From: Desulfobacterales bacterium
GTDB lineage: Bacteria; Desulfobacterota; Desulfobacteria; Desulfobacterales; 4572-123
Assembly (NCBI GenBank): GCA_963667755.2
Contig: CAXXLK010000001.1
Span: 1,501,862 to 1,565,861, forward strand
Direction of reading: 5' to 3'
DNA length: 64,000 nucleotides
Shown here: positions 27,730-36,213 of the stretch, piece after piece
Position numbering within the stretch: the first letter of the stretch is position 1
Layout of the letters: each line of letters starts with the position of its first letter
The notes under the pieces: generated by a model
Databases searched by the model: none
What the model was told of the DNA's origin: nothing
The model's input: only the letters and a program-made list of their open reading frames with translations
Program-made: the position numbers and the translations under genes

Positions 27730-28253
27730 ATATCTATCTGATCGGATATCGCTGTACCGGTAAGACCACTGTGGGATATAGCCTTGCCGAAAAACTACAT
27801 CGGCCGTTTATTGATGCGGATGCCGTCGTCGCCCGGCAATACCATATGTCCATCACGGAAATGGTGGAGCGATACGGCTGGCCTTGTTTCCGGGGCCGGG
27901 AAAGGGCCAACATCAAGCAGCTGTGCCGTCAACCGGGCCAGGTCGTTGCCACCGGCGGCGGGGTAATTCTCGATCCTTCCAATGTATCCCAAATGCGTGA
28001 CACAGGAACGGTTGTCTGGCTTCGGGCCGGTGTGGAAACAATCCAAGAAAGAATGGCTGCAGATGCCGCAACCGACGGTCAACGACCGGTGTTGACCGAA
28101 AAAGGGTTAATGGCCGAAATTGAACAAACCCTGAATGACAGATACCCGCTTTATCTTGCTGCCGCCCATATCAGTGTGGACACCGATCACCGTACAATAG
28201 ATGCGCTATGTGGGGAAATCATTAAAAAATTATCCGGTGATAATTTTAAATAA
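27726..28253 (+). CDS. aroK: Shikimate kinase
   Basis: MNIYLIGYRCTGKTTVG (P-loop) ...VVATGGGVIL. The ATG overlaps the aroA stop (ATGA at 27726-27729). Confidence 0.85.
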   Translation: MNIYLIGYRCTGKTTVGYSLAEKLHRPFIDADAVVARQYHMSITEMVERYGWPCFRGRERANIKQLCRQPGQVVATGGGVILDPSNVSQMRDTGTVVWLRAGVETIQERMAADAATDGQRPVLTEKGLMAEIEQTLNDRYPLYLAAAHISVDTDHRTIDALCGEIIKKLSGDNFK

Positions 28254-28461
28254 TATCTGAATGAAAAGTGTTTTTCTATCATTTTTAATACATTATGAAT
28301 TCGTAAACGTTATTTGAGATGGCTAAATATAAAATCTTCTTATACAAGGCATAGTGATTTTACAGGGACGAAGGCAACCATATGGTATGTCGAGTCTCTG
28401 GGAAAGCGCTATAACGCAGTAGATGGAGATTTTTATGACGCCATCAATATTGAGAGGGGTT

Positions 28462-29538
28462 ATGTCCAGTACATTCGGAACGTTATTCCGTATCTCCACA
28501 TTTGGTGAATCCCATTGCAAAGGCGTCGGCGTGATTGTCGACGGATGCCCACCGAAACTGCCTCTGACCGAGGCCGATGTTCAGATCCAACTGGATCGGC
28601 GAAGACCCGGGCAGAGTCCGCTCACCACCCAGCGGAATGAATCGGACCGTGTAACCATTTATGCCGGGACGGAAAACGGACTGACCCTGGGCACGCCCAT
28701 TGCCATGATGGTCCCCAATAAAGACCAGCGTCCGCATGACTACGGGGAGATGCGGTTTATTCCCCGGCCCTCCCATGCCGATTTTACGTATCAGATGAAG
28801 TACGGCATCCGGGCGTCGTCGGGGGGTGGGCGATCCAGTGCCAGGGAAACCATCGGCCGGGTGGCCGCCGGTGCCGTAGCGGAAAAATACCTTCTGGAGG
28901 CCTTGGGGATCGAGATCGTGGCCTGGGTTTCAACGGTGGGCAGTGTGACGGCCCCCGAGCTCGAAGAACAGGCGATGACACGGGCGGATGTGGATGCTTT
29001 TGCCGTTCGCTGTCCCCACGGTGAAACCGCCGGTCGCATGACAGATGCCATTGTAGCCGCAAAAGAGGCGTCCGACTCCATCGGCGGCGTTGTTTCCTGC
29101 ATCTGCCGGAATGTGCCCGCTGGTCTCGGGGAACCGGTTTTCGACAAACTGGAGGCCAAACTGGCCCATGCCATGCTGTCTATTCCTGCCACCAAAGGGT
29201 TCGAGATCGGTTCCGGGTTTGCCGGTACCCGTATGCGGGGTTCACAACATAATGATCCCTTTGAAATGAAGGACGGGCGATTGGGCACCAGAACAAATTA
29301 CAGCGGCGGCATTCAGGGGGGGATCTCCAACGGTGAACCCATAGGGTTTAAGGTGGCCTTCAAACCCCCTGCCACCATTGGCCAGGCCCAGCAGACAACG
29401 GATTTTGAAGGGGAAGAGGCCGTGATTGAAGCCAGGGGGCGCCATGATCCCTGTGTGGTGCCGCGGGCCGTTCCTATTGTGGAGAGCATGGCGGCCCTGG
29501 TGCTGGCGGATATGGTGCTGATTCAGAAGATGCGGTGA
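28462..29538 (+). CDS. aroC: Chorismate synthase
   Basis: ORF 28423... The start at 28462 gives [31 protein letters not shown], the canonical AroC N-terminus, and is preceded by GAGAGGGG. RPGHADF-like PSHADFTY and SARETIGRV motifs are present. Confidence 0.9.
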   Translation: MSSTFGTLFRISTFGESHCKGVGVIVDGCPPKLPLTEADVQIQLDRRRPGQSPLTTQRNESDRVTIYAGTENGLTLGTPIAMMVPNKDQRPHDYGEMRFIPRPSHADFTYQMKYGIRASSGGGRSSARETIGRVAAGAVAEKYLLEALGIEIVAWVSTVGSVTAPELEEQAMTRADVDAFAVRCPHGETAGRMTDAIVAAKEASDSIGGVVSCICRNVPAGLGEPVFDKLEAKLAHAMLSIPATKGFEIGSGFAGTRMRGSQHNDPFEMKDGRLGTRTNYSGGIQGGISNGEPIGFKVAFKPPATIGQAQQTTDFEGEEAVIEARGRHDPCVVPRAVPIVESMAALVLADMVLIQKMR

Positions 29539-29715
29539 TCATCAGGGTTGTCTGCGGCGGATTTTGTGGAAACGACCGTTGTGGCCGTGACACCCGGAGA
29601 GATTCCTGGTACAATCGACATGGCCGCATCTGTTTTTGTTGTTGATGGAAAGATATTCAAAAAAGTCTGGGACAACGGGTCCGGACCATTACGAAAAGGA
29701 TGCAATAGTTCTGAT

Positions 29716-30453
29716 ATGATCGGTATCATCGGTTTCGGAAGATTCGGCAAACTCATGGCCGGATATCTTTCAAGGGATTTTAACGTCAAGGTGTATAACC
29801 GGAGTGATAAGCGGGCAGAGATTGAAGCGGCGGGTGCCGTTTCAGTTTCTTTAGCGGAAGCCTGCCGCCAGAAGGTGGTGATTCTCAGCGTGCCCATCTC
29901 CACCATGCAGGTGATGTTGACAAAAATCGCCCCCATGCTGCGCAAGGATGCCGTCGTAGCAGATGTCTGCTCGGTCAAGGTTTACCCGGTACAGTGGATG
30001 CGGGATCTTCTGCCCGAATCGGTATCTCTGGTGGCCACCCATCCCATGTTCGGCCCGGACAGCGCCGCGGATTCTCTTCATAACGGAAAGATCGTTGTAT
30101 GCAAGGTTCGCATGAGTGATGCCCGATTTTCCAGAATCAAGCGGTACCTGACCGGCAAGGGACTCATCGTTATCGATTCCACCCCCGAGGCCCATGACCG
30201 GCAGATTGCCGTCAGCCTGTCCCTGACCCATTTTATCGGCCGGGCACTGGATGAATTCAGCGCCGAAGAGTTGATCATCGATACCGAGGGGTACAAGCGG
30301 CTGCTGCATATCCTCGGCGTTGTTACCCATGATACATGGCAGCTGTTTGCGGACATGCATCATTACAACCCCTATGCCAAAGAAAAACGCCAGGCGTTCA
30401 TGGCGGCCATGGCGCGACTGGAGGAGAAACTCACAAAAGGAGATTCCCCATGA
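29716..30453 (+). CDS. tyrA: Prephenate dehydrogenase
   Basis: IGIIGFGRFGKLMA (Rossmann GxGxxG) and ATHPMFGPDSA are TyrA motifs. The ORF is open from 29548, so the start is uncertain (29620 or 29716). Confidence 0.8.
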   Translation: MIGIIGFGRFGKLMAGYLSRDFNVKVYNRSDKRAEIEAAGAVSVSLAEACRQKVVILSVPISTMQVMLTKIAPMLRKDAVVADVCSVKVYPVQWMRDLLPESVSLVATHPMFGPDSAADSLHNGKIVVCKVRMSDARFSRIKRYLTGKGLIVIDSTPEAHDRQIAVSLSLTHFIGRALDEFSAEELIIDTEGYKRLLHILGVVTHDTWQLFADMHHYNPYAKEKRQAFMAAMARLEEKLTKGDSP

Positions 30454-31754
30454 TTTTATGCACATCCCTTTGGCGGTTTTGTTGCACCTGTTTTCTGGCC
30501 GGCCTGGCGGTGAGCCTGTTGAGCGGGTGCATTCAGCCAAGACCTTATCCACATCAACCGTTACCTTCGCATCAGCAGCCACCATCGCATCAACCTGATT
30601 ATCCGGTGATTGGGAATCTTCACGCCGACGGCCCTCATGTTTATTACAATCATCGGCCGACCAGCGGTGGCCAACCCATTCGAAGCGGGGACAATGTCTC
30701 CACCGGGGAAAACAGCCGCGCAACGGTACGACTGATAAACGGCGGCGTGGTGACCATCGATCAGAACACCGATCCTGATTTTTTTAAAGACGCATGGTGT
30801 ATCCTCGTTACCATTTTTAAAGGGCAGGTCGCTACGGATGGTTCCGGAATTTGCATTGAAACGCCCCATGTCTATGGATTGGCCAATTCCAAAGTCAATA
30901 TTGTTGTGACGGATCACGAAACCATCATCACTGTATTATCCGGCACTGTGACGATGGAACGACCGGTTAATCGAATCCTGCAACGACATCAACAGGCGCG
31001 GGTATCCAGGAGCGGGATTCAATCGGTCCGTTCGCTTTCCGCCAGCCAGCTGAAGTCTGTTTTTCCGTGGTGCGATTCAAGGTCTGGCCGGCAAAGGGAT
31101 CCCAGAATCGTGCAATGCCGTCGCTACGCTGAAACAGCGGTTTCCCAGCAGAAGGAGAACCTCCGCCGCGGTTGCCGGTTCAAAGGCAGCGACTGGTCAG
31201 CTGATTTCAATCATCATTATGATTGGTGCCTGAAGGTTCCCCCGTCCCGGGCAGATGCGGCCAACCGTGCCCGTGCAGAGACACTCAAACGTAACTGCGC
31301 ACCGGCACCCCAGGCAAACAAGCGGCAGCAATGCCGTCGCTATGCTGAAACAGCGGTTTCCCAGCAGAAGGAGAACCTCCGTCGCGGTTGCCGGTTCAAA
31401 GGCAGCGACTGGTCAGCTGATTTCAATCATCATTATGATTGGTGCCTGAAGGTTCCCCAGGCCCGAGCAGATGCGGCCAACCGTGCCCGTGCAGAGACAC
31501 TCAAACGTAACTGCGCGCCGGCACCCCAGGCAAACAAGCGGCAGCAATGCCGTCGCTATGCTGAAACAGCGGTTTCCCAGCAGAAGGAGAACCTCCGTCG
31601 CGGTTGCCGGTTCAAAGGCAGCGACTGGTCAGCTGATTTCGATTATCATTATGATTGGTGCCTGCAGGTTCCCCCGTCCCGGGCAGATGCGGCCAACCGG
31701 GAACGTGATAAAAGTTTGAAAAAATGTCAAAAACCGGGACCGATGCTCTACTGA
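30450..31754 (+). CDS. Lipoprotein with a FecR-like N-terminal region and three tandem 72-aa four-cysteine repeats
   Basis: The ATG at 30450 overlaps the tyrA stop (ATGA). The signal peptide with lipobox is MILCTSLWRFCCTCFLAGLAVSLLSGC. GDNVSTGENSRATVRLINGGVVTIDQNTD resembles FecR/DUF4974-type beta-sandwich regions. The unit QCRRYAETAVSQQKENLRRGCRFKGSDWSADFNHHYDWCLKVP..RADAANRARAETLKRNCAPAPQANKRQ occurs three times. Confidence 0.7.
   Translation: MILCTSLWRFCCTCFLAGLAVSLLSGCIQPRPYPHQPLPSHQQPPSHQPDYPVIGNLHADGPHVYYNHRPTSGGQPIRSGDNVSTGENSRATVRLINGGVVTIDQNTDPDFFKDAWCILVTIFKGQVATDGSGICIETPHVYGLANSKVNIVVTDHETIITVLSGTVTMERPVNRILQRHQQARVSRSGIQSVRSLSASQLKSVFPWCDSRSGRQRDPRIVQCRRYAETAVSQQKENLRRGCRFKGSDWSADFNHHYDWCLKVPPSRADAANRARAETLKRNCAPAPQANKRQQCRRYAETAVSQQKENLRRGCRFKGSDWSADFNHHYDWCLKVPQARADAANRARAETLKRNCAPAPQANKRQQCRRYAETAVSQQKENLRRGCRFKGSDWSADFDYHYDWCLQVPPSRADAANRERDKSLKKCQKPGPMLY
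31113..31754 (+). repeat. Three tandem 216-bp coding repeats (units start at 31113, 31329, 31545)
   Basis: The period is exactly 216 nt. By manual alignment, units 1 and 2 differ at only a handful of positions. Unit 3 diverges in its last approximately 50 nt. Confidence 0.9.
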
Positions 31755-31782
31755 AGCTCGGTAGAAATAAAAATTATAATCA

Positions 31783-32640
31783 ATGACAGGGGGCATCATG
31801 GAACAGGAAATCCAACAGGTGCAAGCGATATACCAGCTCATTACAGCGTTTTTTGTTAATTACAGTTTTCAGATTCTGGGTGCTTTTATTATTCTGATAC
31901 TGGGTTTACTGGTGGCTCGGAAAGTCGGTGGTATCGTATTGAAGCTCTGTGAGCGCAAAGGGTTGGATGTCACCCTCAGTCGCTTTGCTGCCAGTACGAC
32001 AAAAGTTTCCATTATTGCCATGGTGGCGATTGTTGCCATAGGAAAGGTTGGCATCAGTGTCACCCCTTTTATTGCGGCTATTGGTGCCCTGTCCTTGGGC
32101 GCCGGTCTGGCGATGCAGGGACTGCTGTCCAACTACGCTGCCGGTTTGAACATTATTATTACCCGTCCGTTTGTGGTTGGAGACACCATTCGTGTCCAGA
32201 ATGTGGTGGGTCAGGTAGAAGCAGTACATCTGGCATTCACCCGGCTTACTGATGAAGATGATATGGAAATCACTATTCCCAATAAACATATTGTCGGGGA
32301 AATCCTTCACAATTCCCACACGGATACGTTGGCAGAAGAAACCGTGGGTATCGCTTACGATAATGATCCCGATAAGGCGATCTCAGAGATCAGGCAAGCC
32401 CTGGCGAAGACGGATAAGGTTAGTAGTATAAAAACGCCGCTGATCGGCATAGAAGATTTTGGCAACAGCAGCATCAATATCGGTATTCGCTTCTGGGCAC
32501 CGACCCGGCATTATTTTGAAACCCGCTATCGTGCCAACGCTGCGATTTTTGAAGCATTACAGGCGGCTGGTATCACCATCCCCTTCCCGCAACAAGAAAT
32601 ACGGATACTCGGTGAAAAGTGTTCGCCCGGAGGAAAGTGA
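31783..32640 (+). CDS. Small-conductance mechanosensitive channel (MscS family)
   Basis: 285 aa. Three N-terminal TM helices and the pore-helix region GALSLGAGLAMQGLLSNYAAGLNIIITRPFVVGDTIRV are typical of MscS. Confidence 0.85.
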   Translation: MTGGIMEQEIQQVQAIYQLITAFFVNYSFQILGAFIILILGLLVARKVGGIVLKLCERKGLDVTLSRFAASTTKVSIIAMVAIVAIGKVGISVTPFIAAIGALSLGAGLAMQGLLSNYAAGLNIIITRPFVVGDTIRVQNVVGQVEAVHLAFTRLTDEDDMEITIPNKHIVGEILHNSHTDTLAEETVGIAYDNDPDKAISEIRQALAKTDKVSSIKTPLIGIEDFGNSSINIGIRFWAPTRHYFETRYRANAAIFEALQAAGITIPFPQQEIRILGEKCSPGGK

Positions 32641-32684
32641 GTCTGGGGCACCACCTGATTTTTAAACGTTAACGGAGGAAAGCG

Positions 32685-33839
32685 ATGACGGAGTTATCAT
32701 TGGATGCAAAACTTAAAAAAGCCACCGGCATTATCTGTAAACAGGGCATGTTCCCATTCCCGTTGAGTGACACCGCCATCTCCATTATCAGACACGTTGT
32801 GGTGGAAGAGGCAGAGCTCGAAATGATTTGCGCATTCAAAGCGGCCTCCTCCCAAACCATGGCCCAGCTCAAGGAATCGAGCGGTTTTTCAGAGGAAACC
32901 ATTGAGCGGCTTACCACCCGCCTTGCAAAAACAGGACTTATTTTCAACCAGCCGAGTTCAAGCGGGGTGATGGTTTATCGCCTCCTGCCGCTGATGATGA
33001 TCGGGCTCATGGAATACAAATTCATGACAAAAGTGACCGGCAGCCATGAAGAACGGGAACTTGCCGAGTTGTTTGAGCGGCTGTTGACGGAGTTGAGAGA
33101 CGACATCCATGTTAACCGCACGGCGCTTGAGCCCCTTTTTGCTGCGGCCCCCCCTGTGGACAGAACCGTTCCCCCACAGCGGACAGATGACGGTAAAAAC
33201 ATCAATATTATCAAGGTGGATCAGGCCATTGATACGCCTGAAGATTTTGTCCTGCCAAGCCAGACCGTGGATGATATCATCGATAAATTTGACGACATCG
33301 CCGTGGGGTATTGCTTCTGCAGACAGCGGCGCAGTCTTCTGGGCGATGCGTGTGCCACCGGCGCTCCCACACTGAACTGCTTTTCATTCGGCAAATCCGC
33401 TCGCCATACATCCGCCCAGGGCTTTGCCAAAAAGATTTCAAAAGAAGAAGCGCGGACCATTATGAGAGAGGCGGAGGCCGCCGGCCTTATCCACAAGGCC
33501 TTTCACCCCGGAGCGAGAGAAACCAGCCCGGAAACGAGTATCTGCAACTGCTGCAAGGACTGTTGTGATACGTTTGGCCTGTGGCGGAAGGGGACCCTGC
33601 CGCTTATCAATTCCACCTATTATCTTTCCATTATCGATAAAGAAACATGCACCGGCTGCGGCACCTGTGTGGATCGGTGCCCAACCGACGCAATTGCCCT
33701 GGATGATGACGGGCTTGCAGAGCGGGATGAAAATGCCTGCATCGGATGCGGGGTCTGTGCCCGGTTCTGCCCTGATGAAGCCATCTCCCTTAAAGAGGGT
33801 TTGCGCAGGGTATTTGTTTTGCCGCCCCAATGGCGATAA
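32685..33839 (+). CDS. Uncharacterised Fe-S protein with C-terminal 2x[4Fe-4S] ferredoxin domain
   Basis: 384 aa. CTGCGTCVDRCP and CIGCGVCARFCP are ferredoxin motifs, with extra Cys motifs (CFCRQRR, CNCCKDCCD) upstream. Confidence 0.6.
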   Translation: MTELSLDAKLKKATGIICKQGMFPFPLSDTAISIIRHVVVEEAELEMICAFKAASSQTMAQLKESSGFSEETIERLTTRLAKTGLIFNQPSSSGVMVYRLLPLMMIGLMEYKFMTKVTGSHEERELAELFERLLTELRDDIHVNRTALEPLFAAAPPVDRTVPPQRTDDGKNINIIKVDQAIDTPEDFVLPSQTVDDIIDKFDDIAVGYCFCRQRRSLLGDACATGAPTLNCFSFGKSARHTSAQGFAKKISKEEARTIMREAEAAGLIHKAFHPGARETSPETSICNCCKDCCDTFGLWRKGTLPLINSTYYLSIIDKETCTGCGTCVDRCPTDAIALDDDGLAERDENACIGCGVCARFCPDEAISLKEGLRRVFVLPPQWR

Positions 33840-33847
33840 TATGAATA

Positions 33848-33912
33848 GTTCCTCGCTATTTTGTGTGGGGGCTGTAGCCGGTCAAAGTTACCCATACGAA
33901 ACAGCGAAGAGC
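33848..33912 (+). repeat. Palindromic intergenic element (family 2), full copy between convergent genes
   Basis: GTTCCTCGCTATTTTGTGTGGG (33848-33869) faces CCCATACGAAACAGCGAAGAGC (33891-33912). The same hairpin recurs at 51464-51522, and right-arm-only copies lie at 45186-45205, 45816-45836 and 62694-62715. Confidence 0.8.
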
Positions 33913-33922
33913 CATATGAATA

Positions 33923-34864
33923 CTATTTAAGAAATCCTCTGATTATCTTGTCAACGGCTTCATCGTAAGTAAGCCCCAGGCTCATCAGCTTGATCAACTG
34001 ATCATTGGCGATTTTGCCGATGGACGCCTCGTGGGTCAGTTCCGCGTCCGGATGCAGGGCTCTTAAGGCCGGTACGGTTTCATTGATGCCGTTATCCATG
34101 ATGATGGCATCACACTCGATGTGGCCGAAGCACTTGGCTCGTGCTTCCATGTTGGCGTAAAAATCCTGTTTGGAATTTTCTTTTATCACCGACCGGGATA
34201 CGATGTTTGCCTTGCTGTCATCCCCTTTCAAAAGAATATTGTTCCGGGAGACGGCCGTTTGATTTCCATCGGTCATGATCCGCTCGGTGACGAAAAGCGA
34301 GGCGCCGGCGGAAAGTTCGACCTCGTTTAAACGATTGGCCTCGTCCACGCCCCCGATCTGGGTCAGCTCCATCTCCGCAACAGCGTTTTCCGCCATGAAA
34401 ACCTTTGTGGTGGGATTCAGTGACCGCTTCCCGGTCCCTTCTCCAATGGCGATGTGTTTCTCCACGTAACGAACCCTGGCGTTTTTTCCCACCTGGAATT
34501 CATGAATGCCTTCATGCCCCCCGTCCCTGGAGCTGCCGCAGTGAATGCCGCAACCGGCAACAATGGTGACGTCGGAGCCCTCACCGATGATAAACGTGTT
34601 GTACACCACGTCATGCAAACCGGCCTGACTCAGGATAACCGGGATATGAACCGACTGGTTCACCACACCCGGGTTTATGGTAACCACAATTCCGGTCCCG
34701 TCCTGGTTGGATTCTATGTTGATGTCGCCTGAAACCTCCCGCCCCAGAAGTTTGCCGTTTTTTCGAATATTGTAAGCGCCTTTGGGAATCCCCTCTAAGT
34801 CCGCTACAGTCTTTAGTAATGTTTTATCGATAGCATTTAACATTGTTCTCTCCTTCGCATACAT
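33923..34864 (-). CDS. SufB/SufD-family Fe-S cluster assembly protein
   Basis: 313 aa. The beta-helix-type repeat region and C-terminal ...SIGKIANDQLIKLMSLGLTYDEAVDKIIRGFL are typical of SufBD proteins. An alternative start is at 34843. Confidence 0.75.
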   Translation of the reverse strand: MYAKERTMLNAIDKTLLKTVADLEGIPKGAYNIRKNGKLLGREVSGDINIESNQDGTGIVVTINPGVVNQSVHIPVILSQAGLHDVVYNTFIIGEGSDVTIVAGCGIHCGSSRDGGHEGIHEFQVGKNARVRYVEKHIAIGEGTGKRSLNPTTKVFMAENAVAEMELTQIGGVDEANRLNEVELSAGASLFVTERIMTDGNQTAVSRNNILLKGDDSKANIVSRSVIKENSKQDFYANMEARAKCFGHIECDAIIMDNGINETVPALRALHPDAELTHEASIGKIANDQLIKLMSLGLTYDEAVDKIIRGFLK

Positions 34865-35585
34865 CTCCGTATCCGCAGACGCTCAAATCGGTCAGCATGG
34901 GCGTGGCCCCTTTTAAATCACCGACATAGGCGATTTTTCCGTCCTTTATCAGTAAAAGGCGGTCGGCTGCCGCAAGAAACGCTTTGTTATGACTGACCAC
35001 GATGGTTGTTGTTTCATGCTCTTTCTGTTCCCTCCGGATAAGCTTCACCATGGGATCGATGGTCCACAAGTCGATGCCGGTGTCCGGCTCGTCGTAAATG
35101 GCCAGTCCCGGATTGCGGGCGATGGTGGTGGCCAGTTCGATTTTTTTGATCTCTCCGCCGGAGAGCTTGGCATCCACGGGTTTGTCCAGAAAGCTGAGGG
35201 AACATATGCCGACCCTGGCGATGATATCAACTAGTTGTTTTTCATCCTCGGTGCCGGCGGCGATGCCCAGCAGGTCTCTGAACGTCACCCCTTTAAACCG
35301 GGCTGAATGTTGAAATCCGTATGCGATGCCTTCTTGTGCCCGCTCTGTGATGGTCATCTTTGTGATGTCTTTCCCCTTGTAGCGGATGGATCCGGAGGTC
35401 ACCTCGTTGATTCCCATTATTGTTTTTGCAAGACTGGTTTTACCGCTGCCGTTCGGGCCGGTGATGCCGTAAAACTTTCCCTTTTCGAAAGTGAAATTGA
35501 TGCCGTCAAGAATGGTTTTCTTTGTGCCGGCGTGTCCGGGACTTTCATCGGTCACGGAAAAATGGATATTTTTTAGTTCAAGCAT
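34824..35585 (-). CDS. sufC: Fe-S cluster assembly ATPase SufC-like
   Basis: The start MLELKNIHF is at 35585, preceded by GAGAGG. Walker A GPNGSGKTS, signature LSGGEIKK, Walker B LAIYDEPDTGID. Confidence 0.8.
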   Translation of the reverse strand: MLELKNIHFSVTDESPGHAGTKKTILDGINFTFEKGKFYGITGPNGSGKTSLAKTIMGINEVTSGSIRYKGKDITKMTITERAQEGIAYGFQHSARFKGVTFRDLLGIAAGTEDEKQLVDIIARVGICSLSFLDKPVDAKLSGGEIKKIELATTIARNPGLAIYDEPDTGIDLWTIDPMVKLIRREQKEHETTTIVVSHNKAFLAAADRLLLIKDGKIAYVGDLKGATPMLTDLSVCGYGDVCEGENNVKCYR

Positions 35586-36213
35586 GCTTAACCTCTCTTG
35601 ATATAGTAGTGTGAAAAACCATATGTTCATTATCAGTTTAATCAAAAATCATGCCAGAATTAAAAATGATGATTTTGCCGCATGCGGCGAATGCGCCAAG
35701 ACCCTGTTTCATTGAATTTAAAGGTGTTGAAACCGTTTCTCGTATGATTCGTAACTTCGCTGCAATGATGCGTATCAAATTAGTGAAATGCAATACTGTC
35801 TCATGATACAACTGATTCAAAGAAAAGAGTGGGGGTGTGGCAAAACATTTTGTGGGGTATTTCGGGGAGTGGTATTGGCGTTATGAAATAGTGGATGGTT
35901 TAATATTTTTTTTATTAAACTTGTGGTATAAAAAAAGGAACCGTTAAGTTGATATTTTGTGCAGGCGTGCTTAAATCGTCTGTCCTGCCCGGCTTTGATG
36001 CCCTCTAAACGCTAAGCTTATCCTGACCTCAATTTTATACAGCGTGTGTCCCAACGTCTGTAAACCCGGCGGTCTTTCGAAAATTCCAATGATTGCACAA
36101 TGAAGTGTTCTAAAAAGGCATAAACACCTGATTCATAAGTGTATTGTAAGTATTTGGTTCATTTTTGACAGAAAGAGTTTATTTTATGGCAAATAGCTGA
36201 AAGGGTGGCTGTT

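Noticed and set aside
28254-28461. AT-rich 208-bp gap between aroK and aroC considered as an internal promoter
   Set aside because: There is only a TAAAAT-like -10 without a properly spaced -35. This is not enough evidence to call a promoter.
29851-30723. 290-aa minus-strand ORF
   Set aside because: Antisense to tyrA and the lipoprotein gene. No motifs.
31113-31754. Tandem 216-bp repeats considered as a CRISPR-like or satellite array
   Set aside because: The units are contiguous with no spacers, are in frame within a long ORF, and encode a repeated Cys-containing protein module. No cas genes are nearby.
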